Part shown: piece after piece, positions 1-10,861 of the stretch
Position numbering within the stretch: the stretch's first letter is position 1
How the letters are laid out: the number at the start of each line of letters is the position of its first letter
NCBI GenBank assembly: GCA_963777115.1
Contig: CAVZPP010000003.1
Location: 774,250 to 838,249, forward strand
Reading direction: 5' to 3'
DNA length: 64,000 nt
DNA from: an uncultured Bacteroidaceae bacterium
GTDB lineage: Bacteria; Bacteroidota; Bacteroidia; Bacteroidales; SM23-62
Notes under the pieces: generated by a model
What the model was told of the DNA's origin: nothing
Databases searched by the model: none
The model's input: only the letters and a program-made list of their open reading frames with translations
Translations under genes and position numbers: made by a program

Positions 1-686
1 TAAAGTTCTGCAAGTATGCCCAGGTAGCGTATGTCATCAGGTGCGACCTCAACAAGCTTTTTCAATTCAATAATAGCATGATCGTAATTTTCCTGTTTTA
101 CATATATTTGCTCCTTCAGCATTGATACGGGCTCTGATATGCCTTTTTCTGCTTCAATACCATTCAGAATTTTTAAGGCTTTTGCCTCTTTTCCATTTTC
201 GGAGTATAGCAAGCTCAACTCATATTTTATTTCAATTTTATCAGGCCACTTAACAAGTATTTCTTCATAAACCATGGCGGCACTATCCGGAGCTTGAGTC
301 ATAATATACAACTGGGCCAGTTGTATTTTATACCAATAATTATCAGGATTAAGTTTGGTTGCCTGAACATTCAATTTTTTTGCATTTTCCAGTTGTCTCC
401 CGATCATATAGATCCCTGACAACTGAAAATATGCTACATCGCTTCCAGGATTTACCTCAATGCATTTTGAATATAAGGAAGCAGCCTGCTTAAAGTTTCC
501 GAATAATTTTTGCTTTGTCGCTTCTGTTAAAGCGTAAGTATATTCCCTCATCTGGCTTTCTGTAAGCACGGGGAGAGGGGGGGTAGCATCAACTAATTTT
601 TTCCCTCCCTGGCAGCCTGTCAGTGAGAGAATGGTCAATGTTACTAAAATGAATATTTTCCAACTCACGTAATTTCTGGTTTTCAT
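1..686 (-). CDS. TPR-repeat lipoprotein (3' end cut by window edge)
   Basis: The minus-strand frame is open from ATG at 684-686 to the window start, and is missing from the ORF track because it has no stop in the window. The translation MKTRNYVSWKIFILVTLTILSLTGCQGG... has a signal peptide and lipobox Cys. TPR-like helical repeats follow (AYFQLSGIYMIGRQLENAKK, YWYKIQLAQLYIM...). Confidence 0.7.
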   Translation of the reverse strand, partial: MKTRNYVSWKIFILVTLTILSLTGCQGGKKLVDATPPLPVLTESQMREYTYALTEATKQKLFGNFKQAASLYSKCIEVNPGSDVAYFQLSGIYMIGRQLENAKKLNVQATKLNPDNYWYKIQLAQLYIMTQAPDSAAMVYEEILVKWPDKIEIKYELSLLYSENGKEAKALKILNGIEAEKGISEPVSMLKEQIYVKQENYDHAIIELKKLVEVAPDDIRYLGILAEL

Positions 687-728
687 CGTTATTTCAACAA
701 CAATTAATCTACGTTTCAATGCACGAAC

Positions 729-1160
729 TTATTGTCCGGTATGCCCAAAGCCACCGATTCCTCTTTTTGTATCATTCAGGTTATCTACCTCCGTCCACTC
801 TACTAGTTCATGCCTGGCAATAATCATCTGGCATATTCTTTCTCCATCATTAATAATAAATGGTTGATCTGATAGATTAATTAAAATAATACCCACCTCC
901 CCCCTGTAATCAGCATCAATTGTCCCTGGAGTATTCAGCACTGTAACACCCTTTTTTAAGGCAAGTCCGCTTCTTGGGCGTATTTGCGCCTCATATTGCG
1001 GAGGAAGTTCCATAAATAATCCTGTTGGAATGAGTATTCTTTTTCCTGGTTTAAGCACCACAGCATCATCAAGGTTTGCTCTCAGGTCCATTCCGGCAGA
1101 AAATGCTGTGCTATATTCCGGCAATGGGTGCTTTGACTTGTTTACAATTTTCGCTCTCAT
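729..1160 (-). CDS. dut: dUTP diphosphatase
   Basis: 143 aa with dUTPase motifs [24 protein letters not shown] and a C-terminal [10 protein letters not shown]. Confidence 0.95.
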   Translation of the reverse strand: MRAKIVNKSKHPLPEYSTAFSAGMDLRANLDDAVVLKPGKRILIPTGLFMELPPQYEAQIRPRSGLALKKGVTVLNTPGTIDADYRGEVGIILINLSDQPFIINDGERICQMIIARHELVEWTEVDNLNDTKRGIGGFGHTGQ

Positions 1161-1169
1161 TATAATTTC

Positions 1170-2687
1170 CTATTTACTAAGGCTTTGAATGCTTTTTCTT
1201 TCATTAAAAACGACAATTATAATAAATCCTGCTAATATAGTTGTATTCACCATCATCTTCGGCATCATTTCCAGGTTATCCGTAAGCCCGGAAAGCAGAT
1301 AAACTATTAATCCAATCGCCATATACATTCCAATCCTTTTCAGTGGATATTGAATTCTGTAGTATTTCCTTCCCAGCAACCAGGAAACTATTACCATGGA
1401 GCTGTAACATGCTACATGCGCCCAGGCTGAGGCAGTATACCCATAAACTGGAACAAAGACCCAGTTCACAATAAACGTTATCACGGCTCCCATAATAGTA
1501 ATTATTGCACCATATTTTGTTAGGTTATTCAGTTTGTACCATACTGAAAGATTAAAAAACACTCCCAGTAAAAGATTTGCAAATAACACGACTGGAACTA
1601 TATGAAGTCCAGCATGAAATGATGATCCTATAAAATGCTTGAATACGTCCAGGTACAAATTTACAACCAGGAATATGATCATTCCGAATATAACAAAGAA
1701 CTTCATTACTTCGGCGAAAAGTTGTTTTGAATTCTTTTGATCTGCCTGTGCGAAAAAAAACGGTTCGCTTGCATACCTGAACATTTGAATAAACAGGGTC
1801 ATTAATACAGCGATTTTGTAATTAGCTCCATAAACGCCAAGCTGAGCCAGTGCATTGCTGGCATCTGGCAGCAAATGCTTTAATAAAACCCTGTCAAGTG
1901 CTTCATTTACAGTTCCGGCAAGACCGGCAATAAGCAAGGGATATGAATAGGCCATCATTTTTTTCCATAATCCAAAATGAAATTTAAGCCTCGCTTTAAA
2001 AATTGTTGTTGATAACAACAACAAAGAAACAAGGCTGGACAAAAGATTTGAAACAAACACATATCCCACTCCGATTTCCGGATCGTAAACTGCCTCAAGC
2101 CAGGCAGGGACAATACCTCCTTCATAAAGATTCGGGATAAAATACAGAAAGGAAAAATTGAGACCAATATTGATAGTAACGCTAATGATGCGAATAGTGG
2201 CAAATTTGATGGCTTTGTTCTCCCATCTGAGTTTCGCAAAAGGGATTGAAGTAAAAGCATCTATTCCAACGATTATTCCGATCCAGAGCACATATTCTGG
2301 ATGATCTCCATAATCAATAAGGGAGGCAATCTTTCCTGAGAATAATCCTGTGAGTAAGATAAACCCAAGGGAGGTAAAAAACAAGGAAATAACGCTGGTG
2401 CTAAATACCTTTTCCCCATCCTTGTTGAGCTGTGCATATCGAAAAAAACCAGTCTCCATGCCGTAGGTAAGTATAATTATCAGGAATACTACATAGGCAT
2501 AAAGTTCTGTTACAATTCCATATTCTCCCAGATTAAATACCCTCGTAAAAAAGGGAGTAAGTACAACATAGTTTAAAAGTCTCGGAACGACGGTCCCAAA
2601 ACCATATACTGCTGTTTGTCCAAATAGTTGTTTTATGGGATTCACTTGTCTGGGTAGATTATCCTCAAAGATATGCGGCGTCCACAT
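1170..2687 (-). CDS. polysaccharide/oligosaccharide flippase (MOP/Wzx-like) membrane protein
   Basis: 505 aa, hydrophobic throughout with about 12-14 TM segments. Layout is typical of Wzx/MurJ-type flippases. No catalytic motifs; the family was assigned from overall pattern only. Confidence 0.6.
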   Translation of the reverse strand: MWTPHIFEDNLPRQVNPIKQLFGQTAVYGFGTVVPRLLNYVVLTPFFTRVFNLGEYGIVTELYAYVVFLIIILTYGMETGFFRYAQLNKDGEKVFSTSVISLFFTSLGFILLTGLFSGKIASLIDYGDHPEYVLWIGIIVGIDAFTSIPFAKLRWENKAIKFATIRIISVTINIGLNFSFLYFIPNLYEGGIVPAWLEAVYDPEIGVGYVFVSNLLSSLVSLLLLSTTIFKARLKFHFGLWKKMMAYSYPLLIAGLAGTVNEALDRVLLKHLLPDASNALAQLGVYGANYKIAVLMTLFIQMFRYASEPFFFAQADQKNSKQLFAEVMKFFVIFGMIIFLVVNLYLDVFKHFIGSSFHAGLHIVPVVLFANLLLGVFFNLSVWYKLNNLTKYGAIITIMGAVITFIVNWVFVPVYGYTASAWAHVACYSSMVIVSWLLGRKYYRIQYPLKRIGMYMAIGLIVYLLSGLTDNLEMMPKMMVNTTILAGFIIIVVFNERKSIQSLSK

Positions 2688-2879
2688 ATTAAAGAATATT
2701 ACCCCTTTTTTTTAATTAACAATATCTTCAAGTGCCTCCGGTAATTACGGGTACATAAACACGAATCCTTCACTGACCGATCTTATCTTCCGATTGCCAG
2801 AAACCCATGGTCTATTATCTGCTATCAGAATCGTTTTCATATTCAAGCTAAATAATATAGTTTTGTGACAACAATTTAC

Positions 2880-3557
2880 ATGAAGATGATAAACAGATTA
2901 CAATACTATTTATTTTTTCTTTTCCTTTTGATATTGCCAGTCAACCTGTTTTCGCAACAGGCGGCATATACGGTTCTCATTGAAACAAGCAAGGGAAACA
3001 TGAAATGTATTCTTTATAAAGAAACCCCTATGCATGCTGACAACTTTGTAGAACTGTGCAATAAGGGTTTTTACGATGGACTTTTATTTCACAGGGTAAT
3101 TGAAGGCTTCATGATTCAGACCGGAGATCCAGACTCCCGTGATGCAAAAAAAGGTTCTATGTTAGGTTTCGGTGATTCCGGTTACACGATCCCTGGTGAA
3201 TTTAATCCCGATCTATACCACCGAAAGGGGGTCCTGGCTGCTGCAAGACAGGGAGATCAGGTAAATCCTGGTCGTGAATCAAATGGATCTCAATTTTATA
3301 TCATTCAGGGAAGTAAAATAACTGAGCTGGAATTGAATGGGATGGAGGCTAGCGGAGGACACATACCGTTCACCCAGGAACAAAAAATGTACTACACTAC
3401 GCTGGGCGGTGCCCCTCACCTTGATTATGCCTATACAGTCTTTGGAGAGGTTGTAGAAGGACTCGAGGTCATTGATGCCATTGCCTCTATGGCGACCGAC
3501 GAACGCAATAGGCCACTAGAAGATGTCAAAATCATCCGTATTACCGAGTTGAAGTAA
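2880..3557 (+). CDS. peptidyl-prolyl cis-trans isomerase, cyclophilin type, secreted
   Basis: Cyclophilin motifs FHRVIEGFMIQTGDP and GSQFYI, with an N-terminal signal peptide. ATG at 2880 is preferred over the GTG at 2865 used by the ORF track. Confidence 0.9.
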   Translation: MKMINRLQYYLFFLFLLILPVNLFSQQAAYTVLIETSKGNMKCILYKETPMHADNFVELCNKGFYDGLLFHRVIEGFMIQTGDPDSRDAKKGSMLGFGDSGYTIPGEFNPDLYHRKGVLAAARQGDQVNPGRESNGSQFYIIQGSKITELELNGMEASGGHIPFTQEQKMYYTTLGGAPHLDYAYTVFGEVVEGLEVIDAIASMATDERNRPLEDVKIIRITELK

Positions 3558-3563
3558 TTTATC

Positions 3564-3571
3564 TATTTTTG
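3564..3571 (+). promoter_or_regulatory. candidate Bacteroidota -7 promoter box (TAnnTTTG) upstream of pheS
   Basis: TATTTTTG matches the TAnnTTTG consensus and lies 17 nt upstream of the pheS ATG. Confidence 0.4.
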
Positions 3572-3587
3572 TCCATCATTTCACAGC

Positions 3588-4607
3588 ATGCTCGATCAAA
3601 TTGAAAAAATAAAAACCGAAATTCATTCTTTCCTTTCTGTATCTCCTGATGCTGCAGATGAATTCAGGCTGCGCTATCTCAGTAAAAAAGGCATTATCTC
3701 AGAGATGTTTGGGACATTTAAATCTCTTCCTTCTGAACAAAAGAAAGTTATTGGCCAGAAGATCAATGACCTCAAGCAGATGGCACAGAAAAAAATGGAC
3801 GAGCTAAAAGCTGCCGCAGAGGTATCTGATCAAAGACATGTCAAAGCCGATCTTACACGACCTGGCATGCAGATTGACCTGGGCGCCAGGCATCCTGTAT
3901 CAATCGTCAGACGCGAAATAATAGACATTTTCTCCAGGGTAGGTTTTGTAATATCTGAAGGTCCGGAAATTGAGGATGACTGGCATGTTTTTTCTGCCCT
4001 TAACTTCCCGCATGATCACCCTGCCAGAGACATGCAGGATACTTTCTTTATACGAAAGAATCCCGATATCCTTCTACGCACCCATACCTCTTCGGTTCAG
4101 GTAAGGGTGATGGAAAAACAACAACCCCCCATACGGACTATTTCCCCCGGAAGGGTTTTCCGGAATGAAGCGATTTCTGCACGCGCTCATTGTATTTTCC
4201 ACCAGGTTGAGGGATTGTATATAGATGAGGGGGTATCATTTGCGGATCTGCGTCAGGTGCTATTATATTTTGCCCGTGAGATGTTCGGACAAAAAACCGA
4301 GATAAGATTACGTCCTTCATTTTTTCCCTTTACAGAGCCATCTGCCGAAATGGATATTTCCTGCAGTATCTGTGGTGGCGAGGGCTGCAACGTTTGCAAA
4401 TACACCGGTTGGGTCGAAATAATGGGCTGTGGAATGGTTGACCCTAATGTACTTGAGAATTGTAAAATTGACTCTGAAAAATATACAGGTTATGCATTTG
4501 GCATGGGAATAGAACGTATCGCCATGTTAAAATACCAGGTAAATGATTTACGTCTATATTTTGAAAACGACAAAAGGTTTCTAGATCAATTCCGCTCTGC
4601 CTGGTAG
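3588..4607 (+). CDS. pheS: phenylalanine--tRNA ligase alpha subunit
   Basis: 339 aa with class II aaRS motifs (FRNEAISARAHCIFHQVEG, GYAFGMGIERIAMLKY). Confidence 0.95.
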   Translation: MLDQIEKIKTEIHSFLSVSPDAADEFRLRYLSKKGIISEMFGTFKSLPSEQKKVIGQKINDLKQMAQKKMDELKAAAEVSDQRHVKADLTRPGMQIDLGARHPVSIVRREIIDIFSRVGFVISEGPEIEDDWHVFSALNFPHDHPARDMQDTFFIRKNPDILLRTHTSSVQVRVMEKQQPPIRTISPGRVFRNEAISARAHCIFHQVEGLYIDEGVSFADLRQVLLYFAREMFGQKTEIRLRPSFFPFTEPSAEMDISCSICGGEGCNVCKYTGWVEIMGCGMVDPNVLENCKIDSEKYTGYAFGMGIERIAMLKYQVNDLRLYFENDKRFLDQFRSAW

Positions 4608-4613
4608 GTCTAT

Positions 4614-5036
4614 TTACAGTATTCTTATTTCATAATCAATGTCCATGGCCTGCTTATATGAGTAGCTCACCCCGCAATATTTATCCTGACTCATTTGCAC
4701 TGCTTTTTCCACCTTTTTCAGATCGATATCTTTCCCTCCAATCTCATAGATTATCTTCATCCTTGTGAAATGTTTGGGGTGTTCTTCTGTAAGGTCCCCC
4801 TCAATTAGAATATTCAGGCTATCGTACTTCACACGCATTTTGTTCATTAGTGAAACCAGATCCATCCCGGTGCAGCCAGCCAGGGCGACCATCATCAAAG
4901 GTTTTGGCTTAGGACCCTGGTCTTTTCCCCCGAATTCAGCATCGGCGTCTATAGCTATCTTAAATCCCGCAATATCGGCTTCAAAAGACATCCCGTCTTT
5001 CCATTGTACGTTGATTGTTTCCTTCTTCATTTTCAA
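4614..5036 (-). CDS. OsmC/Ohr family peroxiredoxin-like protein
   Basis: 140 aa with the OsmC pattern and two conserved Cys contexts (LAGCTGMD, DKYCGVS). Confidence 0.8.
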   Translation of the reverse strand: MKMKKETINVQWKDGMSFEADIAGFKIAIDADAEFGGKDQGPKPKPLMMVALAGCTGMDLVSLMNKMRVKYDSLNILIEGDLTEEHPKHFTRMKIIYEIGGKDIDLKKVEKAVQMSQDKYCGVSYSYKQAMDIDYEIRIL

Positions 5037-5121
5037 ATATTATTTATTCTCAAAGTTAGGGATAAATTGTATATTGTACAGCCAATTATTCCACTCATTG
5101 TTACAGGTTGATTAGAGGCGC

Positions 5122-5829
5122 ATGAAAAACCTTCAAACACTATCATGTGATGACGGATGCCTGGTCAGGCCAAACTCCATATTCAAACACCTGACCCAGG
5201 AAGAGCTCGACCTTGTTAAGCAAGAAAAGACCCTGGAGCAATATAAACGAGGCACTGTAATCTATCGGGAGAGCAGCCGCATCAATGGCTGTTATTGTCT
5301 TCAGCAGGGTATTGTTAAAGTTTTTAAAACTGGCATTGACGGCAAAGAACAAATCATTCGTTTTGCTCAGCCGGGAGATTTAATTGGGTTTCGTTCTGTG
5401 CTTAGCAATGAGCTTGCCTGCACGACTGCTGAGATTCTTGATGATGCTGTTACTTGCTACATTCCTTCAGAAACCCTTGTTTTTTTAGTCAAGAATAATG
5501 GTAATTTTTCCATGGAACTTATGCAGATTACCTGCAGGGAGCTGGGGGAAGCCAATGCCTACATCACTGACATTGCACAGAAAACCGTCAGAGAACGACT
5601 TGCGGAAATTCTGATTCATCTGAAAAATGATTTCGGCCTTGATGACAATAATATTCTACAAATTTCATTAACCCGGGAAGAGCTGGCTAATATAGTCGGA
5701 ACTGCAACGGAATCAGTTATCCGGCTTCTTTCAGAGTTCAAGCAGGACCAGTTAATTGAATTGAATGGAAGAAAGATTAGATTACTCGATGAGCCTGGTT
5801 TGATCAGGATAGGAAATCTTTACGAATAA
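5122..5829 (+). CDS. Crp/Fnr family transcriptional regulator
   Basis: 235 aa with a cNMP-binding-like beta-barrel region and a C-terminal HTH (TREELANIVGTATESVIRLL). Confidence 0.85.
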   Translation: MKNLQTLSCDDGCLVRPNSIFKHLTQEELDLVKQEKTLEQYKRGTVIYRESSRINGCYCLQQGIVKVFKTGIDGKEQIIRFAQPGDLIGFRSVLSNELACTTAEILDDAVTCYIPSETLVFLVKNNGNFSMELMQITCRELGEANAYITDIAQKTVRERLAEILIHLKNDFGLDDNNILQISLTREELANIVGTATESVIRLLSEFKQDQLIELNGRKIRLLDEPGLIRIGNLYE

Positions 5830-5831
5830 AC

Positions 5832-6854
5832 TTAAAATTGTATTTCCATATCTCCGAACAAGGGTTTTCCAAGGTGTTTGAAGGCTCTTTCCGTAACCTC
5901 TCTGCCCCTGGGTGTCCTTTTAATATATCCCTCCTTTATCAGAAATGGTTCGTAAACTTCTTCGATGGTTCCTCCGTCTTCTCCGACGGCAGTAGCAATC
6001 GTTGAAATTCCTACAGGGCCACCTTTGAATTTTTCAATTATTGTAGACAGTATTTTATTATCCATTTCATCCAGCCCGTGTTTATCAATATTCATTGCCT
6101 CCAGGGAATACTTTGTAATCTCCAGGTCTATTTTTCCGTTTCCTTTGACCTGGGCAAAATCCCTCACTCTTCGCAATAAAGCATTGGCTATTCTAGGCGT
6201 GCCTCTACTTCTGAATGCAAGTTCGCTGGCAGCTTTGTCCTTAATTTCTATCTGAAGTATTTCAGAGGATCTTTTAATAATCTTCTTCAAAACTTCTGCG
6301 TCATAGTATTCGAGTAAAAATTTAATGCCGAAACGGGCCCTGAGAGGACTTGTAAGCAATCCGGACCTGGTGGTAGCACCTATCAGAGTAAATGGATTCA
6401 GGCTCAGCTGAATGGACCTGGCGCTAGGACCTTTGTCAATCATCAGGTCAATGCGATAGTCTTCCATGGCTGAATACAAATATTCTTCAACCACCGGGGA
6501 AAGCCGATGTATTTCATCTATAAACAAAACATCAGATTCTTCGAGTCCGGTTAATATCCCGGCAAGATCTCCAGGTTTGTCAAGCACTGGCCCGGAGGTA
6601 ATCTTGAGATTAACTCCCATCTCATTGGTAATAATGTGTGCAAGTGTGGTTTTTCCCAGGCCCGGTGGTCCGTGGAGCAGAACATGATCGAGGGCTTCAT
6701 CTCTCTGGCGTGCTGCCTGGACAAATACCTTAAGGTTTTCGACCGTTTTAACCTGTCCCCTGAAATCCGAAAAGCTCAAAGGCCTTAACCTTTTCTCATA
6801 CTCCCGGTCCTGGTCGTTTAGTCCCTCGCTGTGTACCTCAAAATTATCTTCCAT
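5832..6854 (-). CDS. ruvB: Holliday junction branch migration DNA helicase RuvB
   Basis: 340 aa with Walker [19 protein letters not shown], and a RuvB C-terminal winged helix. Confidence 0.95.
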   Translation of the reverse strand: MEDNFEVHSEGLNDQDREYEKRLRPLSFSDFRGQVKTVENLKVFVQAARQRDEALDHVLLHGPPGLGKTTLAHIITNEMGVNLKITSGPVLDKPGDLAGILTGLEESDVLFIDEIHRLSPVVEEYLYSAMEDYRIDLMIDKGPSARSIQLSLNPFTLIGATTRSGLLTSPLRARFGIKFLLEYYDAEVLKKIIKRSSEILQIEIKDKAASELAFRSRGTPRIANALLRRVRDFAQVKGNGKIDLEITKYSLEAMNIDKHGLDEMDNKILSTIIEKFKGGPVGISTIATAVGEDGGTIEEVYEPFLIKEGYIKRTPRGREVTERAFKHLGKPLFGDMEIQF

Positions 6855-6866
6855 ATCTGGTTTTTC

Positions 6867-8489
6867 CTATTGGATCAAAATTCTTGAGCCTTCCGGAAGA
6901 TCAACTTTTACTCCGTTTACCCTTGTTTCAATATCGTTCTTAAATGTAATGGTCAGAAGCAGATTGCCCAGTTCATCATATTTTTTCCAGGTTTTTTCCC
7001 TGATTCCCATTACATAAAACCGTTCTTCTTTAAGATTCCCGTTTTCATAATAAAGTCTTTGTCTTCCATCCGGATTTCCCTGTATATAAAATCCCTCGAA
7101 TTTCAGTGTGCTTTCATTGTAGAAATATCTCCACTTTCCGTCTCGCAAGCCAGTGATGTATTTTCCAACTTCAACATGGTTTCCCACCCGGTAGTACCAT
7201 TCTCCTTCCTTTTCTCCCTCAATATAATCTCCCTCGGTAATTATTAATCCCTCCGGGGAATATTCAATCAGGCGGCCATCCTCTCTTCCGTTGAAAAAAT
7301 CTTCTTCACGAAGGGTACTGCCATCTTCATAATACCAGAGCCAAAGTCCGTGAGGCCGGCCAAGATTGTAGGTGCCCGTTTGTTCTATTTTTCCATTCCT
7401 TCTATAAAAGGTCCACTTGCCTGTTCGATAATTATCTTTATACTGTCCACTTGATTTCGTTTCTCCACCAGGGTAAAAATCTTTCCATATTCCCTGTTTT
7501 TTTCCTTCCTCATCCACAACTCCCTCAGCCGAAATTTTTCCATTGTTTTCATAGGTCTGTGATTGGATCACCCTTCCTTCTGAATTATAAGATCGGTGTA
7601 TACCAATGGGGGTGTTCTGTCTGTATGGACCACTTTTTACAAGGCGATTCTGCTCGTCATATTCATTGCGTATTTCAATGCTCTCCTCCTCGTCAATATC
7701 TTCTGCAACTACTTGTCCACCAATATACTTAAGAACCATTACCAGGTTACCTTTTTCATTAAACTCCTTGTAAAGTCCGTCCAGCATTCCATCCCTGTAA
7801 TCTTCTTCTTTTCTTACCTTTCCGTCAGGGTAAAATTCTTTCCATATTCCCTGTTTGTTTCCTTTATCATCGATCCTGTTTATTTCTTCTTTGTCCGTTA
7901 GATATCCGTTATGGTAATAAATAAGTGAGCGTACCACCCCATCCTGGCCATATTCTTTACTGAGGCCCTGGCGATTTCCGTTTACATATGAAGTTTCATT
8001 TTTTAGGCTTCCGTCTTCGTAATAATAGTATGAAATGCCTTCTCTTTTATCATTAACATACAGTTCCCGGGATTTAATCATCGCCTTATCCCTTCCTTCT
8101 TTCTGATTATCATAGCTATAAACTACATGGTAACCGTTCTTTTTTCCAAACATGTAGCTTATTTGCTGTAAAGTGTCTCCCTTATTATTATAAAAGGTCC
8201 ATATACTGTCCAATAAAAAATTAGTTCTTTTACCTTCTGATTTTTTTATTCCGGTAGCATAATAGGTGGTCCAATAACCATCTGGTTTTCCTTCCCTCAT
8301 TTCACCGACGCTTGACAGCTGGCCGCTTGGATAATAAAATTCTACATGTCCATTGTTGGGTATATCTTTCTGTGCATAGACCTGTATACCCATAACAGAA
8401 ACTAACAACAATAAAACCAACTTCCCGGCTATTCTATTCAATCTTTTCTTTTTTAGTAGATTAAATTCCAAGTTTTTTAGAGATTTCAA
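6867..8489 (-). CDS. secreted MORN-variant (YwqK-like) repeat protein
   Basis: 540 aa. A signal peptide is followed by many ~23-aa repeats of the form G-x-x-x-G-x-W-x-x-(Y/F)Y-x-x-G (e.g. GKPDGYWTTYYATG, GKWTFYRRNG, GEWYYRVGN). The 5' end overlaps the nadA stop by 29 nt. Confidence 0.8.
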   Translation of the reverse strand: MKSLKNLEFNLLKKKRLNRIAGKLVLLLLVSVMGIQVYAQKDIPNNGHVEFYYPSGQLSSVGEMREGKPDGYWTTYYATGIKKSEGKRTNFLLDSIWTFYNNKGDTLQQISYMFGKKNGYHVVYSYDNQKEGRDKAMIKSRELYVNDKREGISYYYYEDGSLKNETSYVNGNRQGLSKEYGQDGVVRSLIYYHNGYLTDKEEINRIDDKGNKQGIWKEFYPDGKVRKEEDYRDGMLDGLYKEFNEKGNLVMVLKYIGGQVVAEDIDEEESIEIRNEYDEQNRLVKSGPYRQNTPIGIHRSYNSEGRVIQSQTYENNGKISAEGVVDEEGKKQGIWKDFYPGGETKSSGQYKDNYRTGKWTFYRRNGKIEQTGTYNLGRPHGLWLWYYEDGSTLREEDFFNGREDGRLIEYSPEGLIITEGDYIEGEKEGEWYYRVGNHVEVGKYITGLRDGKWRYFYNESTLKFEGFYIQGNPDGRQRLYYENGNLKEERFYVMGIREKTWKKYDELGNLLLTITFKNDIETRVNGVKVDLPEGSRILIQ

Positions 8490-9459
8490 GCATTCTTTTA
8501 ATCGAATGTATTGCTTTAGCTTGAATATCCTTTGATACTAAAACCTCGGGCATTTCATATTTCAAACAATTATAAATCTTCTTTATTGTTATTAGTTTCA
8601 TGAAATTACAATCATTGCATGCGCATGTTGAGTCTTTCGGAGGAGCAGGAATAAATGTTTTTTTCGGATTTGCTTTTTTCATCTGATGAATTATTCCAGA
8701 TTCTGTTGCGACTATATACTTTTCTGATTTATCCTTCTTTGTGAAATTAAGCAAGGATTTAGTAGAGCCTATATGTTCTGCAACAAGCAAAATAGGCTTT
8801 TCGCATTCAGGATGAGCAATGATTACAGCATCCGGTTCTTTATTTTTTATTTCAAGAATTCTTTCGAGTGAAAATTCTTCATGTACATGACAAGCACCCT
8901 GCCAGATAACCATGTCACGACCAGTTACACTCTGTATATAATTGCCCAGATTTCTATCAGGAGCAAAAATAATTTTCTCTTTTTCAGGTAAGCTATCAAC
9001 TATTTGCATTGCATTCGAAGAAGTGCAAACAATGTCGGTTAAGGCTTTAATTTCTGCGCTTGTATTAACATAAGATATAACTGTGTGCCCGGGATATTTC
9101 TCAATGAAATTTTTAAACTCATCAGGGGGACAGGAATCTGCAAGGGAGCAACCTGCGTTAAGATCTGGAAGTAGCACCTTCTTTTCTGGAGAAAGTATTT
9201 TTGCAGTCTCTGCCATAAAGTGAACTCCTGCAAATAAAATAATATCTGCATCAGTATTTTCTGCCTGTTGAGAAAGTGCCAGGCTGTCACCAACAAAATC
9301 AGCAATATCCTGAATAGCACCTTCCTGGTAATAGTGAGCAAGTATTATTGCATTCTTTTCCTTTCTCATCCTGTTCACTTCAGCAATAATATCAATTCCT
9401 GAATCTATTTCCCTATTTATATAACCCTTATTCCTTATTTCTTCCCAGTTAACATTCAT
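8461..9459 (-). CDS. nadA: quinolinate synthase
   Basis: 332 aa. Full-length NadA-like pattern (ILAHYYQ, GVHFMAETAKIL, conserved Cys residues). Confidence 0.9.
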   Translation of the reverse strand: MNVNWEEIRNKGYINREIDSGIDIIAEVNRMRKEKNAIILAHYYQEGAIQDIADFVGDSLALSQQAENTDADIILFAGVHFMAETAKILSPEKKVLLPDLNAGCSLADSCPPDEFKNFIEKYPGHTVISYVNTSAEIKALTDIVCTSSNAMQIVDSLPEKEKIIFAPDRNLGNYIQSVTGRDMVIWQGACHVHEEFSLERILEIKNKEPDAVIIAHPECEKPILLVAEHIGSTKSLLNFTKKDKSEKYIVATESGIIHQMKKANPKKTFIPAPPKDSTCACNDCNFMKLITIKKIYNCLKYEMPEVLVSKDIQAKAIHSIKRMLEISKKLGI

Positions 9460-9952
9460 TATATTATTATATAGTAATATTTAAAATATATATGATAATG
9501 GTAATAGGCTGTTAATATTGTTACTAACTCCTATAATTTAAATAAATAAAATTTTACAAAATTTCATCTACAGGAAATTAACAACTTATTATCCGGCTAA
9601 ATAATTTTATGATAGATAATTATGACAAAATTAACAGTTGTTTATTAATTTATTAAAAATAACTCTTAATAATCGAGTAGCGTAATAATTGTTAATAGCC
9701 TGTTTGGCTTTTGATGGAAAAATGCTCGCTTAAAATTTTGAATTGATAATCATTTGAACAAATACAGGTAAATTTACATTTTGCAAGCATTTTTATTAAA
9801 ATAAATCACGATTAATTAACAAGAATTAAACAGGCAAACCTATTATATTGTTAGTATGCATATTAAATAGAGGATAATGGAAGTTTAATACTTTTAGGTA
9901 TTAAATAAATAATTTGTATAAATTTGGAAACAAATCAACAAATAACCGAATA

Positions 9953-10384
9953 ATGCTTTCCAACACCTCAAAGTACGCCATCAGGGCTGTTATTTATCTA
10001 GCCTTATATGCCGGAGAAGAAAAAAAGATTGGAATCAAACAAATATCTAAAGAACTGGATATTCCAACCCCTTTTCTTGGTAAAATATTACAAACCCTTG
10101 CAAAACATAAATTATTGTCGTCTACAAAAGGTCCTCACGGAGGTTTTGGTTTAGGCAAACCAGCTGAAGGGATAGCTCTTATTGAAATTGTTGACATAAT
10201 TGACGGACAGGATCTTTTTAAAAAATGCATGATCAGACTGGAAGACTGTAATGAAAAAGAACCTTGCTCAGCACATAATAAATACGGCGAAATACGACAA
10301 AGCCTGCTTACACTATTTCAGAAAGAAAAAATTTCTGATTTTGTAGATGAAATCAAGGAAGGAAACAATAAGATTAATCTTTAA
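9953..10384 (+). CDS. Rrf2 family transcriptional regulator
   Basis: The N-terminus MLSNTSKYAIRAVIYLA... is the Rrf2 HTH signature. ATG at 9953 is preferred over the TTG at 9914 in the ORF track. Confidence 0.85.
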   Translation: MLSNTSKYAIRAVIYLALYAGEEKKIGIKQISKELDIPTPFLGKILQTLAKHKLLSSTKGPHGGFGLGKPAEGIALIEIVDIIDGQDLFKKCMIRLEDCNEKEPCSAHNKYGEIRQSLLTLFQKEKISDFVDEIKEGNNKINL

Positions 10385-10754
10385 CTACTGATTTTTCCTT
10401 TATCCGGGACAGTATTAACACTGTCCCAATAGAAATTAAAATCCCAAGGAGATCGAATAATACATCTTTGAGTTCAGCTTTTCTGCCCAGACCTGTTATT
10501 TCTTGCAGGATCTCAATCAATATTCCAAAGAAAAAGCTGAGCATAATTGCCACAAAGTAAAATCGTTTAACCGGTTTTTTGGAAGCATTGCTTTTTTGCT
10601 GATTACGGACAAGAAACCAGGCCAAAACCGCGAACATGAATATATGGACAGCTTCGGAAAGGCAGGGTATGGATGGGGCATTAGACAAATTATTAGAAGG
10701 CATAAGAAAAACAATAACCATAAGGATCGCCCAAAATGCTGATTTCCAGAACAT
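10374..10754 (-). CDS. VanZ-like membrane protein
   Basis: Small 4-TM protein with a VanZ-type pattern (H-x3-F-x2-L in TM2; EILQ...GR.AELKDVLFDLLG). The start is uncertain: ATG at 10754 or at 10802. Confidence 0.6.
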   Translation of the reverse strand: MFWKSAFWAILMVIVFLMPSNNLSNAPSIPCLSEAVHIFMFAVLAWFLVRNQQKSNASKKPVKRFYFVAIMLSFFFGILIEILQEITGLGRKAELKDVLFDLLGILISIGTVLILSRIKEKSVVKD

Positions 10755-10861
10755 TATAAATCTATTATTAAAAAGCTTGTTGTACCTGCACATAAAAAAC
10801 ACTAAATTACCTATTCGTGGGAACGATGGGACAAAAATAGCTGCTTTATTGATATTATTTT

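Noticed and set aside
9460-9913. AT-rich spacer considered as a replication origin
   Set aside because: There is no cluster of DnaA-box-like 9-mers; only one weak TTATCCGGC was seen. No dnaA or dnaN gene is nearby.
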